A stretch of 64,000 nt of DNA from Phoronis australis. Taxonomy: Eukaryota > Animalia > Phoronida. A program made the translations under genes and the position numbers. A model generated the notes under the pieces. It saw only the letters and a list, made by a program, of their open reading frames with translations, did no database searches and was not told where the DNA came from. The DNA lies in assembly GCA_002633005.1 (NCBI GenBank), contig NMRA01000056.1, positions 133,165 to 197,164 of the forward strand, given 5' to 3'. Positions 39,238-51,414 of the stretch are shown piece after piece (the first letter of the stretch is position 1; each line of letters begins with the position of its first letter).

Positions 39238-42200
39238 TAATGCCTGGCTAATTACGAAATAAAAAATATTTGGGTGGACACTAAATTGAATATGAACATT
39301 GTATCATTCTCAAAGTCTGTTTTACAACATACAATCAATAAAGAAAATTGTCCAAAATCAACTTATATTGCTGCAAATCACACTTGCATATCTTGTACAA
39401 ACCTTAAGCAATAGGTTGCATAATTCAAGAACATTTGATCCTGTCAAACTGCAAGATCCAATCTAAAACTGAGAAATGATATAAAACATCATTGAATGGC
39501 ACACCAATTTCATGGAACAGTCATACTTTTAACAACGAAATTTCTTTAATGTTTAATTCCTACATATCACCCCAAAAACCAGCCAGAACTGTCAAATCAT
39601 AGACTCCAAGGGTGTAGCCTTTACAGTTGGTGTGGATTTTACAAATTGTGTCACCTATAGGCAGACGGGAGAACTAGTCTAACTGCATTGGTTTAACAGC
39701 CAGAAAACACATGATCTGCTGAACCACCAATTAAGGTGGGTGCAACTTGTTTAGTTGATAAAATCCATGGAAACGCGTCAGAATTTCACCTTAGAGAAAT
39801 GGAAATATCTTACTGTGTGACAGTTGAAAGATGAACAGAATAATGTCGAATCTCCAAAGCAACAATAATTTCGTAATTGCAATGGGACTTGTCGCCACAT
39901 ATGTGTCTGCCATAAATAGAATCGACTAAACTGCTATAACATCGTCGGTGCTGACGTAAGCCACTGAGTTGAGCATTTACCCAAACTAATAAGTAAAGTA
40001 ACAGTCGTTTATCACGCAAAGGTTGAATTAAATATTGGCTCAATGATCACAATCACTTTTTGTCTGTCACCTGTTTTGGGAATAGTGTGCCTTGTAGGAG
40101 ATGATGTTCCAGTGGAATGCTTAAATGTGATTGCCTAAAAGTAATTACTGAAACTTTGTCAAATGAAGTTTTATATACTGTATAAATTGAGCTGGCAATA
40201 AGCTTAATATTTTCCTTGATTTTTGTTGTTGTTAGACAATCAGAAGAGGATGGAGAATTGCTCTTAAGTCTTGGCCGTCTACACTAGGGTGGTCCTATAG
40301 ATGAATGTGGGTATTAGAAGGGAAAAATTCGGGATTTTGTTCAAATGTTAAGCTCAACTTTGACGTTATTCTTCTACTGTTCATGTGATTAGAAGCCAAA
40401 TTCTCACAGCAATAGCTATCGCCGTATACATTCCGGTTTAACGCCTATGGTCACAAAAGCGCCCGCTCTGTTGAAATTTTTGGATTAAACACCTACTGCT
40501 CAGGTAAAGTTGATTGTTATTGTGAAGTGGTGTAGAGCATGACTCATACTTGATGATGATTTAAACTATAAATCGAAAAGTTGATCATGAACATTGTTAT
40601 CATTTGCATTGTTAGCTTCTTATTAATATCTCTTTTCTATCGTAAACATCCAAGATGTCAATTTTAAGTGAACTAGAAATGAAGACACACAGCTATTAAG
40701 TTAAACATTCAAAAGTAAGGCCCTTCGTATTCTTTAAGCACCCACTACACTGCCTGGCTTAGCACCCACTAGTTATGTGCTTAAGCAAGTTGATTTTCAA
40801 ACAGCAAAGTTCTTTGAGATGCAGAAACCAGATCAAATTGGAGTCATAGTGTTAGTTGTGGCCTTGGGGACATTGCCATTTTTTTGCAGTGCATTAGAAA
40901 TGGCTGTGTTGTTGAAAATTGTTTATTACATTAAAGTATTCAAGGCCATGGGGCCAAAGTACAATTACAGCAATTAAAGTTATAATATTAGAGAGGCACA
41001 AACATTATGTAATGAAAGGTAAATGAAACTAATAACACTTGTGTCAGGGTTTATCATTAAACTAATAAATTTGTTGACTGGGAGTGCTCCAATATTTTTC
41101 CTAGATAAATCTAACCCTTAAATCATTAAATTCTGGGCATACAAGTATAAAATGATATTTACCTTCGATGCTGTTTGGACGGAAAAGAGACACATGGACA
41201 GAATAGGTAACAGAATTATGCCTGTCAGTTTCGACATCTAATTTGCGATTCGCCCAACAAAATCATGTCAAATGCTGTGTATTTTCTAGGAATATTTAAT
41301 AACAAGTAATGTTCAAATATGTGCTCTTAATTTAAATTGAGAAAATTATTATCAACATTGCTCTGCCAGACCTGACACTTAACCAAGACTAGTCTGCCAC
41401 AAGCTCTAATTCTACACGACAGGCTCTAATTCTACGCTACTACCAAAGGTACTTTTCATAAGAAAGACTGTCTATCTTGCCCTTTTAAGAGCCAAATCTT
41501 GGCCTCCAAAAGTGAGGTAACAGTCGTGGCAGGGTGAAATGATCTCGTGACTGAACTATTCAGTGCCAAGGGAGCAAACTCTAATCATCCAATAATTACA
41601 ATCTGCACTAAGTGGATTTACTCCGGGAGCTTTTTGTTTCATGCTAAGCTATTTATTGAATGTGTTGACAACATAAGCCATTAGATTTTTTTCGTGTGAA
41701 ATTTACACTGCATCAATACGGCATACGTGCCTCACTTGTAGTTCCTGAATGTCTTTTGACAAGATGTTTTTTGATCATTCGAACTAGAAAATTTGAACTG
41801 TGAACACAAGGAGGGAGTTGCTTAGATATAGTGATGTTTTTAAACTGGCTAAAACTTTTCCATTAGGGACCCGAAATATGTTCAAAGTGACAACTAAACG
41901 GGATGAAGTACAGCTTTAAATAGTTTCAGCTACAAAGATATGTTTCTGATGTGTTAATTGTTTTCATACAGTCTGTGAACGATTAAACTAATTTCAGGAT
42001 TATCTGGACATAGCCCTTAAAGCTTTAGTCTCTGAATTACGTTCATTATGCACGACTACTTCGTAAAGTGCTTTTATAACTTTATATGGTACAAACTTAA
42101 GAGATTTAAGCTGGTGTTGGCTGTAGGTCTGAAGTAGCTGAAACAGTTCTATTCAAGTCACTTGAACTGAACAGCAAATGCATAGTTGAACTGGGGGGTC

Positions 42201-43126
42201 GGACAATCTGGCCATCTTTCACTCAGAACATGCTTAAAAAATCAGCAAAGGCCATTTGTACATTTACCACACAGTAGCATAAAACTTAAGATGTCTACAT
42301 AACCAAGCAGAGGCTATTTTTTCATGAAATTGGGGGAGGTAAATTCAACTGTGGCTCAGAAAAAACTTTCGAGTGCCACCTTATTTAGCACACAATATGG
42401 CTGACAAGTGAAATTCTGCTTTGCTAAATTTCTACACAAAGGTTAAGATTAGAACATGTTAGTTCATGGCCAACATGGTTTTCAGTGTGTTTAGGTGACA
42501 TAAAACGTAACAGTTCCCATTGGTTGCAGAAGTTCATCAACTACTGAAAAGTGGAAAATGGCCATTTTGGCAATTATTTGTTTGTGCGTAATAAATGGAT
42601 AACTACTGAAACACAGAAGTTGACTATAAATGTGGGCATGGTCAAGCTTAATCGGAAGAGTTCAAAAAGTTAAATCAATATTTAACCTAATTATCTCGTT
42701 AAACCATGAACTAGAGTTTTAGCATGCTGTACAGTCCAGGATTTATGTAATAGTAAATGATTTGTCATTCAACTTTTCACCTAGGTGGTTGCAACTGTCC
42801 TGAGTGATGTCTCTAAATCTCAACACTAATTTAGGACACAGTATGGTAGACATGCAGAATTTGATTTTTTTCATTTATTTCACGCTTCTATGCCTTAACT
42901 ATCGGACAATATTTTGATAAATTGCGGTCATTCACAAGAAGGCTATGAAATCAGAAAAATGATGAAAAGAAGTTCTGGGAATTATTTTTGTTTGAAATTG
43001 AACCAACTTTGCTTTTTTTGGCCCAACCCTGGGTTCCTTAAAATCCTGGCATCTTACATTACATGATTACTTTGGTGTAAATACTAGTTTCTTAAAGCAC
43101 TCATTTATGGAGTACTGCACAGTTAA

Positions 43127-43501
43127 AGGGATACTAAACCCGGTTTTGGTCTATTTACAGATATTGAAAACAGCTTTCCCATCCAGTTCCCTGAAACAAA
43201 ATAATGTTCTGTAACCCTCGACAACCCTCAAAAGTTTTGAGCAAAATTTGTAGACTGGTTACAAAGTCTGCTAAACGGGCAAAGTTAGCTAGCCTTAGGC
43301 GTGACCTAGTACGCTTTAGGCCAGTTGTACATCAACTGTGGGGAAGACCAGCCACCTGTTGTCCAATTTGTGACTCAGAGAATATGAATTTTTACTTGAA
43401 TTCTGCTTTTATCGCTCATGTGGTACCGTCGCCAATGATACCTCAGCAGGTGGCCGAATGAGGAATTGATCGAAATCACAAAAACAGGATTTAGTAATAT
43501 T
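43127..43501. mobile_element. Kolobok-type MITE with TTAA target duplication
   Basis: TTAA|AGGGATACTAAACCCGGTTTT ... AAAAACAGGATTTAGTAATATT|TTAA. Confidence 0.65.
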
Positions 43502-44483
43502 TTAAATAAATGGGCCTGTTCATAAATGATTAACTTTAGATGTCTATGTTAATTTATTTTGTAGTGTTTTTTACTTTCATTTCGAAAGGTAATCTTGAGG
43601 CCAGAGGTGAGAGTTGTTGGTATTTCAACTTCTTACTAATTTGGTGCAAAAACCAAAAATTATAAAATAAATGATTCTTGCAAGTGCTGACTCACTCGGA
43701 TGAAAATTCTTCTCCTGCCTTCGAATAAAGAAAAAGGTTATGTATGTGCAAGAGCGGCAAGGAAACTATTTGCCCGGCAAATTTAAAGGCCTTTCACATT
43801 AATGTCTCAATTTAGTACACTACAAAAGTTAGTACTCCTGAAAAGACCGGACTAGCGAGCAAACCAAAGTTGTTCCGATTACGTATTGAGTGCTGTGCAA
43901 ATGGTTTGGTCCGAACTATTTTGCTCCACCGTCCTAAATTATCTCCCCACTTTATGCGAGTGCGGAGTTCTCGACATTTCTTGCACTCTACTCACTGTAC
44001 AGTTACTTAAGCTTAAACATGTCGCAAAATAAGAATAGAAGTGGCAATTGCTTGTCGGATCCCTATTTTGGTACAATGTAGCGCCATCATGTGGAGCTTT
44101 AAAATTGGGATGGTAGAATGTTGGCCTGGTTAGGTGAGAAAGGTGACAATTTCATGGTGGTTTATCACGCTGATGTTAAATATGTTGGAACTGGGAAATA
44201 GTTGGGACTAACTCTAACAGGAAAGCAGCTTTATTAACTGTCTTTGTTTCTAGACAGCCCATTATGGTTTCTTTTGTGTCCTTGAAGGCTTATTTAGTGG
44301 AAATAATTGTATACAGACTACCTAAAAGCAGTTAAAGCACTGAAAATGTCAATAACGACTCGGTGCACATCTTAATGAAAGGCATTCCATTAGAAACTCA
44401 GCTTGATTCACTGCACCTTCTACATCATCAATAGATTTGTACAATTCCCCTGTCATGAGGCTGATCAGGGAATCCTGATCTAA

Positions 44484-44979
44484 AGGCCCTTTCATATTGA
44501 CGTAACTCCAGCCTGAGCGGAGCATCGACGTAAACAGCGCAGTTAACTGGACCGTTCATACTGGATTAGGTAGTTAATGAACCTCGAAGTAAACAGTAGG
44601 TGACGCTGTCATCAAAGTTATCGCAAGGTAGCGGTAGATTTTTTTCAATGTTACAATTTGGAAACATTTACATCAGCTAAATGACATTAAACTTATTTTT
44701 GAATCGTTTGGTAATTATTAGACCAAAATATAAGCAGCTATTAGTGAAGGCCCTACCCTGTAACTGTTGACGATAACAGTGGCACCTGGCGATAACTTTG
44801 ATCGGACCGAAGTTAAGCGTTCATATTGCACCGCAGCGTCGACGCTGAGCTATTAAATCCATTTGTTAACTGCGATGTTAACTGGAGCTGTTAACTGCGA
44901 TCCAGGACCGGAGTTGAGCGTTCATACTGACCGAAGCTCCCCAAACCATCGACGTGTCAACGTTAGTATGAAAGGCCCT
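44484..44979. mobile_element. PIF/Harbinger-type MITE (family C)
   Basis: TIRs AGGCCCTTTCATATTGACG and CGTTAGTATGAAAGGCCCT, flanked by TAA and TTA. Internal GTTCATA(C/T)TG and GTTAACTG repeats. Confidence 0.8.
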
Positions 44980-45167
44980 TTAAGCCCTACTCCATAGTGT
45001 AGAGCAATTACCCAGTTAGCATTGACTTCACAGCAATGAAACAATGGAAAACATAAAAGAGTACATTTTTTGCTAGTATTCTCATATGGGCATAAACGCA
45101 GTTTTGACAATTATTTTTGTGCTCAGTAAGTGGAGAATTATCGTGAACTTTGCCCGTTGCAACACTG

Positions 45168-45285
45168 CTGGGGTTAAACAGCCATGCAACTCCTCTCAAA
45201 ATAGGTGGATTAAATAGCGGTGTTATAAAACACCGCTATTTAATCCACCTATTTTGAGAGGAGTTGCATGGCTGTTTAACCCCAG
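45168..45285. repeat. Perfect palindrome with 57-bp arms and a 4-nt spacer
   Basis: 45168-45224 is the exact reverse complement of 45229-45285. Spacer ATAA. Confidence 0.95.
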
Positions 45286-47887
45286 GTGTTAAGGCGATTC
45301 ACTAGTAATTTAGCACACTTACCTCATTTCACGCACCAAAAATTATTTAATACCTCACTTATTTTTGGTGGGATTTTTTTACCTCACTGTACACACAGTC
45401 AGTTTTGCCTTCTCAAAAAGTCAACGCAAATCCCTGTCATTAATTCTAGCAATACACACTTTTTAACTGTGTTAAAAAGGTCTAAACACCACTTAATTCA
45501 TCCATTTATACAGATACCTCATGTTTACATGTTTACATGTGGTGAAAGAGGAGACCTGGGTGAGTGTCCTGTCACTCAGAGTCATATGCTCAAAAAGATT
45601 GCCAGTGGATGGAAGGAAAACATGTGCATAAAGAATAAGACCCTTTTTAAAAAGACCATGCTAGTGAACAGGGTCTAAATATAACCAAATATGGTAACAT
45701 TGACTTTCACCAGGACTGTTTACCTCAGGTCGTTGGGTACTTTTATGTCATGTTGTTTTACAATTAGGCCCTGAAACGTGTCGAAAATCAAATTTCGTCT
45801 CTTTGAAAACAACCTAAGTAGTGTATGATCGAGCTGACAGATGTTTGGTGTTGCTTAGTTTTCTGTGAACAGTATTTCCTTTGACCTCACATGCCGCCAC
45901 ATACAAGATCTAACATGTCTGGTGTCAGCGATGGTTTACATGGTGCTGATTGTATTGGTAAAGTCCTGTCTGCACACTCTGAATTTTCACTTGTCGTGTG
46001 TATGACTTTTTGACACACTTGTCTACACAATCGGCGGTTTGCGACAGTCCTATGCAGAAAAATATGAATGTGTGCACAATGAGAGCTTATGAAAATTTGA
46101 AAATAAAAGCAATTTTGAACACTCAAAGATATATCTTGATTGAAGGGGCAGTCTCACACGGTTGTCGTAGCTGTCAATGCTGAATTCTTAACCTAAGCAA
46201 TTTGTGGTTTAAAAAGATTACCAAGCTCATTCGATCTTGATTTATTGCGGGATGAACCAGGGAACTCAAGTTACTGACAATTCGTCGTCGTACATGAACC
46301 TTTTTTTTAATTCACGAATTTTAGGGTTGACCGACCCTAATAAACTCTGAAGAATTTTTTGAATCAGATTTTTTTTATGCTGACTTTACGCTACAGCACT
46401 GCTGTTGATTTCAATAGTAGCAAATGCTTTGGTTGGAAGACAGAAACTACTGCTCTTCATGTATTTGTGTCTTTGTCAGTTTTTAGTTGTCAAAAAGTGA
46501 GGTTACATGTTAGCCAACTGTAGCAGCCATTTTGTTGAGAACCATGAGAAAAACAAAAGCGAAAACCAGACTTAAACATTTCATTTCAAATAATATTTAT
46601 TTTAAAGAAATGATACCATATTCATTGTGCCTTATAAGGAAATAAGTTTCGACTGAAACGATTTGCATTAAAATTTGTTTCATTAAACTTTTGTTTTTAC
46701 TAAGCCTGAGTGATGGTCTGCCTCAAAATATTGAGTTTCCTGTTCATTATGGTAAATGGTTTGTTGACGATAATTGAGCTAGCCTTGCTTAGGGCATTTG
46801 TGGTATTGAATTTAAATTTCCTGTCAGAATCATTTGTTATTTCTTGTTTTATGGTTCATATCATTGAGCAGGGTTGGTATGTTTAAATATAACATAGTGA
46901 TAATGACTGCGTTAGTTTGCCTTTATTGATTGCTCATTGTTGCTTGGTTGTTGAAGTGATCAATTGTGCTAGGCGGAATTCCCAATCGTAATTGAAATTG
47001 TACTCTCAACGTTTTGTTGCATCCCCTACGCCACTTTTGCTGTTAATGTTAGCAATGTATTTAAATATTTATCCCGTGACATTTACTACAACTCAATGTT
47101 ATTGGTTGTCCAAAGGTCTTACTACAGCGAAAGTGGAGGATATAAATTATGAAAAAAACGACAAGCATTCAGGGATGACATTTACGGTGACTTTGAACGA
47201 AGTCTGCTACACTTCCCGCGTCTGCACTGCACTTAAGTGTTACAATGACCACATCTATGTAGAAAGAGAGAAAAACACTATATGCAATTATAACGCATTC
47301 ATTTTCACCTGCAGCTTGGGTGTTAATTGAGCGGTGGTTCGCTGATAAATAACCCCAAGATAACTGACTGGCTTTATTTATGAATCCATTTCGATGATGC
47401 TTGCAGCTCATCGGCTCTCAGTTAACTTGATCCTAGTGCTGCCCTCTCTGTTGTGTTCTCCTGTGGCTTAGTGTTCAGTGGACTGAAATCAGACTCTGGT
47501 GTCTGCAGCTGTTTGTTCAGTCGGATGAGTCTGTTTATCTATTACATTGTATTCCACACAACAGATATCCAACTGGGAGTTGATGCTTCGATATTGTTGA
47601 TTTAATAGGGACACAGTCCTGGAACTGGATGCGTGTGTCTAACAGTTGCTGTTAATATCTGGTGGTTATGGGAGCACAAGGTTCAATTGATTACACCTCC
47701 TTATATTAAAAAGCTGTCCTTGATTATTTATTGGAGAATCTGTCATCAGTGGTGGACTCAATCATCAGATTACTGCTTTGACTGCCATCGAAAGGCAGCA
47801 GAGGAGAACCCTGCTTTTGATCTTACAGTGTTTTTATAAGACCTGTAACGGAAGTTCTAGATTGCTTCAAAAAGTCTTATTAGAGTC

Positions 47888-47970
47888 ATGTCTTCTGAGG
47901 TAGCTCGAAGCCTGTTGAACTTGACTATTCCGGTGAATAAAACCACCCCTCGAAGGCACTCCTGGATATG
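47888..47970 (+). CDS. PDE4: PDE4/dunce alternative first coding exon, RRHSWIC type (PDE4D3/PDE4B4-like)
   Basis: MSSEVARSLLNLTIPVNKTTPRRHSWI plus TG|GTGAGT (consensus donor, phase 2, split Cys codon). Human PDE4D3 begins MMHVNNFPFRRHSWIC-FDVDNG. Too short to appear in the ORF track. Confidence 0.9.
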
Positions 47971-50900
47971 GTGAGTTGTTTTTGAAACTGTTTTTCTAAG
48001 CTCTGTCAATCAAACCATGGCGAGTAAATATTCTATTCTTTTAAGTGCTTAAAGCAGCATTTTGCACCATTGAGCTGGCTAAAAATAAAAAAATTGAATT
48101 AGAACTTTTACCCTAATAAAATTGGTCTCGTGTTATTTTGTTATTGCGATAGGGTTCTATTTTTTATCAACTGGAAGTCACATCCAATGCGTACATTGGC
48201 CATTCTCAAATTCGCAATTTCATGGTGGCAATATGCCATTTTAGAACTTGCAGCTTTAAGGTTGCTAACTCTAATAAACTTTGAAGCATCTTTTTGAGTC
48301 TGAGGAGTGGTTTCAATGTTCTTGGTCGTAAGGAAAATAGAATCCTGTCACAGCAAGGAATATAATGAGAGTTCAGACTGAGAATAAAAGGCCAGATTCG
48401 ATTTTCATTTTCATCGCGGTAAATAGGGCAGAATACAGCTTTAATTCATGCCCGTGTGGTTGTGATAATTTAACGCTAACTATTTATCCTCGTCTTGGCT
48501 CCTAGCTTCTATAACCCCAGAACTTGAAATCCATAACCTTACAGCTACTTCAAGTATTTATGTGCATAGACTGAATGGTTTATACTGTAACTGTCTTAGA
48601 GCTCAAAAATAAGTTTTGCTACATCAAATTTTCCCCGAGAGACATTGTCACGAGCAAAACAACAAACGGGGCCTGTTTTATCTGTTTTGATCTTAACCAC
48701 ATCTTGTAAAAAGTGGCTGAAGTGCTCCAGTTTGTATCTGATCAGGTATGTCATTAGATTTTTTTATTAGCTGTTTGAAGGTATTAAACATTGGCATGAA
48801 AAACAGAATCGTGGGAAGCAAGGGACGTTGTTAATGCTTGGAAAAAGTTCCATCAAAAAACAGCTAAATTGTCTCCACTGTTTTAACTTTACAAATGGTA
48901 AATTGGTTGGACATTTATTGCATTAGACAGGGACATCTCCTTTGCCTTTCCAGTTACTCTATGGTTGATTAAAACCACATTGTTGACCCTTGTTAAATTC
49001 CCTTCACACAGTGGGTTACAAAAAACTATTCTGCAAGATTCCCAATTAGTGGCGTGGTTGTCACGACATCAAGAAAATTACTCAACTGTAGCAAGCCGAT
49101 AACACGTGATAAAGCTTTACCTTAGATACTTTCGAGCTGTGCTGTCACTGTGCCAGGATTATGTTTTCCTCTATCAACCATTTCGGCTTTCACGAGGGTC
49201 AGACGGCAATAGCTTTTGTTGTCATTGTCTTTTACCGAGAATTTCTGATGGTTTAGGAAAACAGCACATTTTTTTACTTTTCTTGTGTCCTGAAAGAAAC
49301 CCATGGGTCTGCTTCATAAATGTTACTTAAGACTTGAGAAAAAATTGCTCTTGCTCTCCTACTTCAAAATTGCTGAAGAAGGTTTAGCCAAGTAAATATG
49401 AGCTCAGTTCACAGTCTAGAAATAATTTAAAGAAATCACCTTAATGACTAGCAGTTAGGTGTATATTCTTGGAGTCTTAGCACTTTTTTCCCAAGTGGGA
49501 TTTAATCATCTTTCAGAAATAGTTGTGTGGAGCGTTGACCAAATTTCTGACTTAAGTCTTATTGTAGTCACTTTTCATGAAACGGACCCCAGGTATAATT
49601 TCCGGCGGAAGGAGAGTTAAAAACAGAAAATGCCATAATGTGTGTCGTGATGACTGTTTGCTGTGCCAAATGAAGTCATACGAAGGTTGCAAGGTATTTT
49701 TTAACTTGAGACATCCATGCGACGGGCGTAGAATGGTTATCGTGTATTGGACAGTACCATTGTTTTCCTTTGTTGCATCTTTGCTGTATATAACAATGTC
49801 GCATGGATATCGTACCTTGGTCGCACATCAGCTGGTTACCGATACATGCTTGCCATTATCTTCATTATAAGAAAGAAAAACAAGGTGAACAATGGATACG
49901 CCTATCTACCGATCTCTATGCGAGGAGCTTGCTGCCCAGTTTCCCCTGGGTTGCTTAGTTGTTGGATTTATCATAAAAATGATATCCACTAAAATCTCCC
50001 CAATTTTGGACACCCAATGGTCGATAACTGAAATTTTATGTCTCATTTTTCTTACAAGTTATATAACACCAAATTCATGTTTTACCATGTTCTTTATGAT
50101 GTTTACCTTCACACAAAATTTTGAACTTGCAACTGTGTAAGAAGTCCTTGAATAATGAGAAGGGGGGCACTTTAGTTACCGTAATATGGTTAAGGGCATC
50201 TAACTAACTGACTTAGGTGGCCTGATGGCTGAATGTAAATGGGAATGGAGTTGTGTTTTTGACTGACCCCTGGTGTCCTGTAGTGCCTGACCTCCTGGAC
50301 TATTATGTATGAACGGTTATGTAGGACCCTAGAAAAATGTCCAAATTTAGCTAACGCCAGAACATCATATCTCAGAAACGGCTGATTGGATTCATGAGGT
50401 GTTTCTGGGTATTGTGCTTTATGCACTGTTCTCAAATACATTGTCAGGAATTGTTTTTAAAATGTTTCACTTTTACACGAGAGGCTATTCAAAAATAGGA
50501 CTTAATGGTTTTCATGACAAGAATCAAAAGTTGCATAAAATGAAAACGAAACAATGGTTCAGAAAACTGTAACGCGATTCTTGAGATTGCGTCATGAACA
50601 TTTATATCAAATAAAGCTACTCATACTTTTGTTTTGCTATCAACGCACCTTTCTTTTTGGCTAAATTTTATTAAAATGCCACAACCACATGGCAGATTTG
50701 TAAAAGGACGTAAATCAAATTCTGTAGGCTTTCTAATGTCATAAAATATACTTTCAAAATTAAGTTATAAAATTCTTCAGTTTTGTAGAAATGTGGTTAA
50801 ATGCGCAGCCTTGTGGATTGCCAACAACAAAACCTTAATCACTTGATGTGCTGCTGGTACTGTGAACATAAATTGCCTGCACTTGAACAATTATGGTATT

Positions 50901-51243
50901 TCCTCAGTTGGTTTTCAATTGTCCAAGTCATCATTCACACTGTTTACATGTCTGGGTTTGCACTGTGTGAATTTACAGGGACAGTATTTTCATATTTTTC
51001 ACAACATGAGTTTCTAATGAGATTTAAGACACATCATTCAAATCTTGACAGGCAACTGTAACTTAGCCCAACACAGACACATTACTGGGAATATATGGGG
51101 AGCCCAGTGTGTCCTGAATGAGGTACTATCAGTTTGAAACCCCTTGCCCAGCTTTATAGGCTAAGGTCAACCTACTGGATAGCACTGTTACATGCCCACA
51201 ACATGTAGCGCATGGCAACAAATGGAAAAGTCTGTTTTCTTAA

Positions 51244-51414
51244 AGGAGGCTGGCAGACTTGAAAACTTCCTTCACGAAGAACCATAATGGGGCTCTTGTG
51301 CTTTTAGCTCAGGTGTTTTGTCCAATGGACCAAACCATGAGGCATGCGCACGTCTGATGCACCGCAAATGACATCAGACCACCTGGACTGTTTTTTCTAA
51401 CGAGACTGCATCCT
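51244..51414. mobile_element. Small TTAA-flanked (Kolobok-type) MITE, abutted by a second TTAA-GG element starting at 51419
   Basis: TTAA|AGGA..GGCAGACTTG ... CGAGACTGCATCCT|TTAA|GGGGAC. Confidence 0.45.

Noticed and set aside
42385-42430. Transib/RAG-like RSS terminus (CACAATA/CACAGTA) in the abundant repeat
   Set aside because: Similarity between copies extends beyond the CAC (AATTTAGGACAC...), so it is internal rather than a terminus. No nonamer or TSD.
45527-45565. Mini-exon MFTCGERGDL with a G|GTGAGT donor
   Set aside because: It is phase 1, incompatible with the phase-2 PDE4 junction, and lies within repeat-like sequence.
47730-47800. Minus-strand hammerhead (two CTGATGA) or structured RNA in the RRHSWIC leader
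   Set aside because: No stem II followed by GAAA on that strand. Only a short CTGCC/GGCAG hairpin is present.
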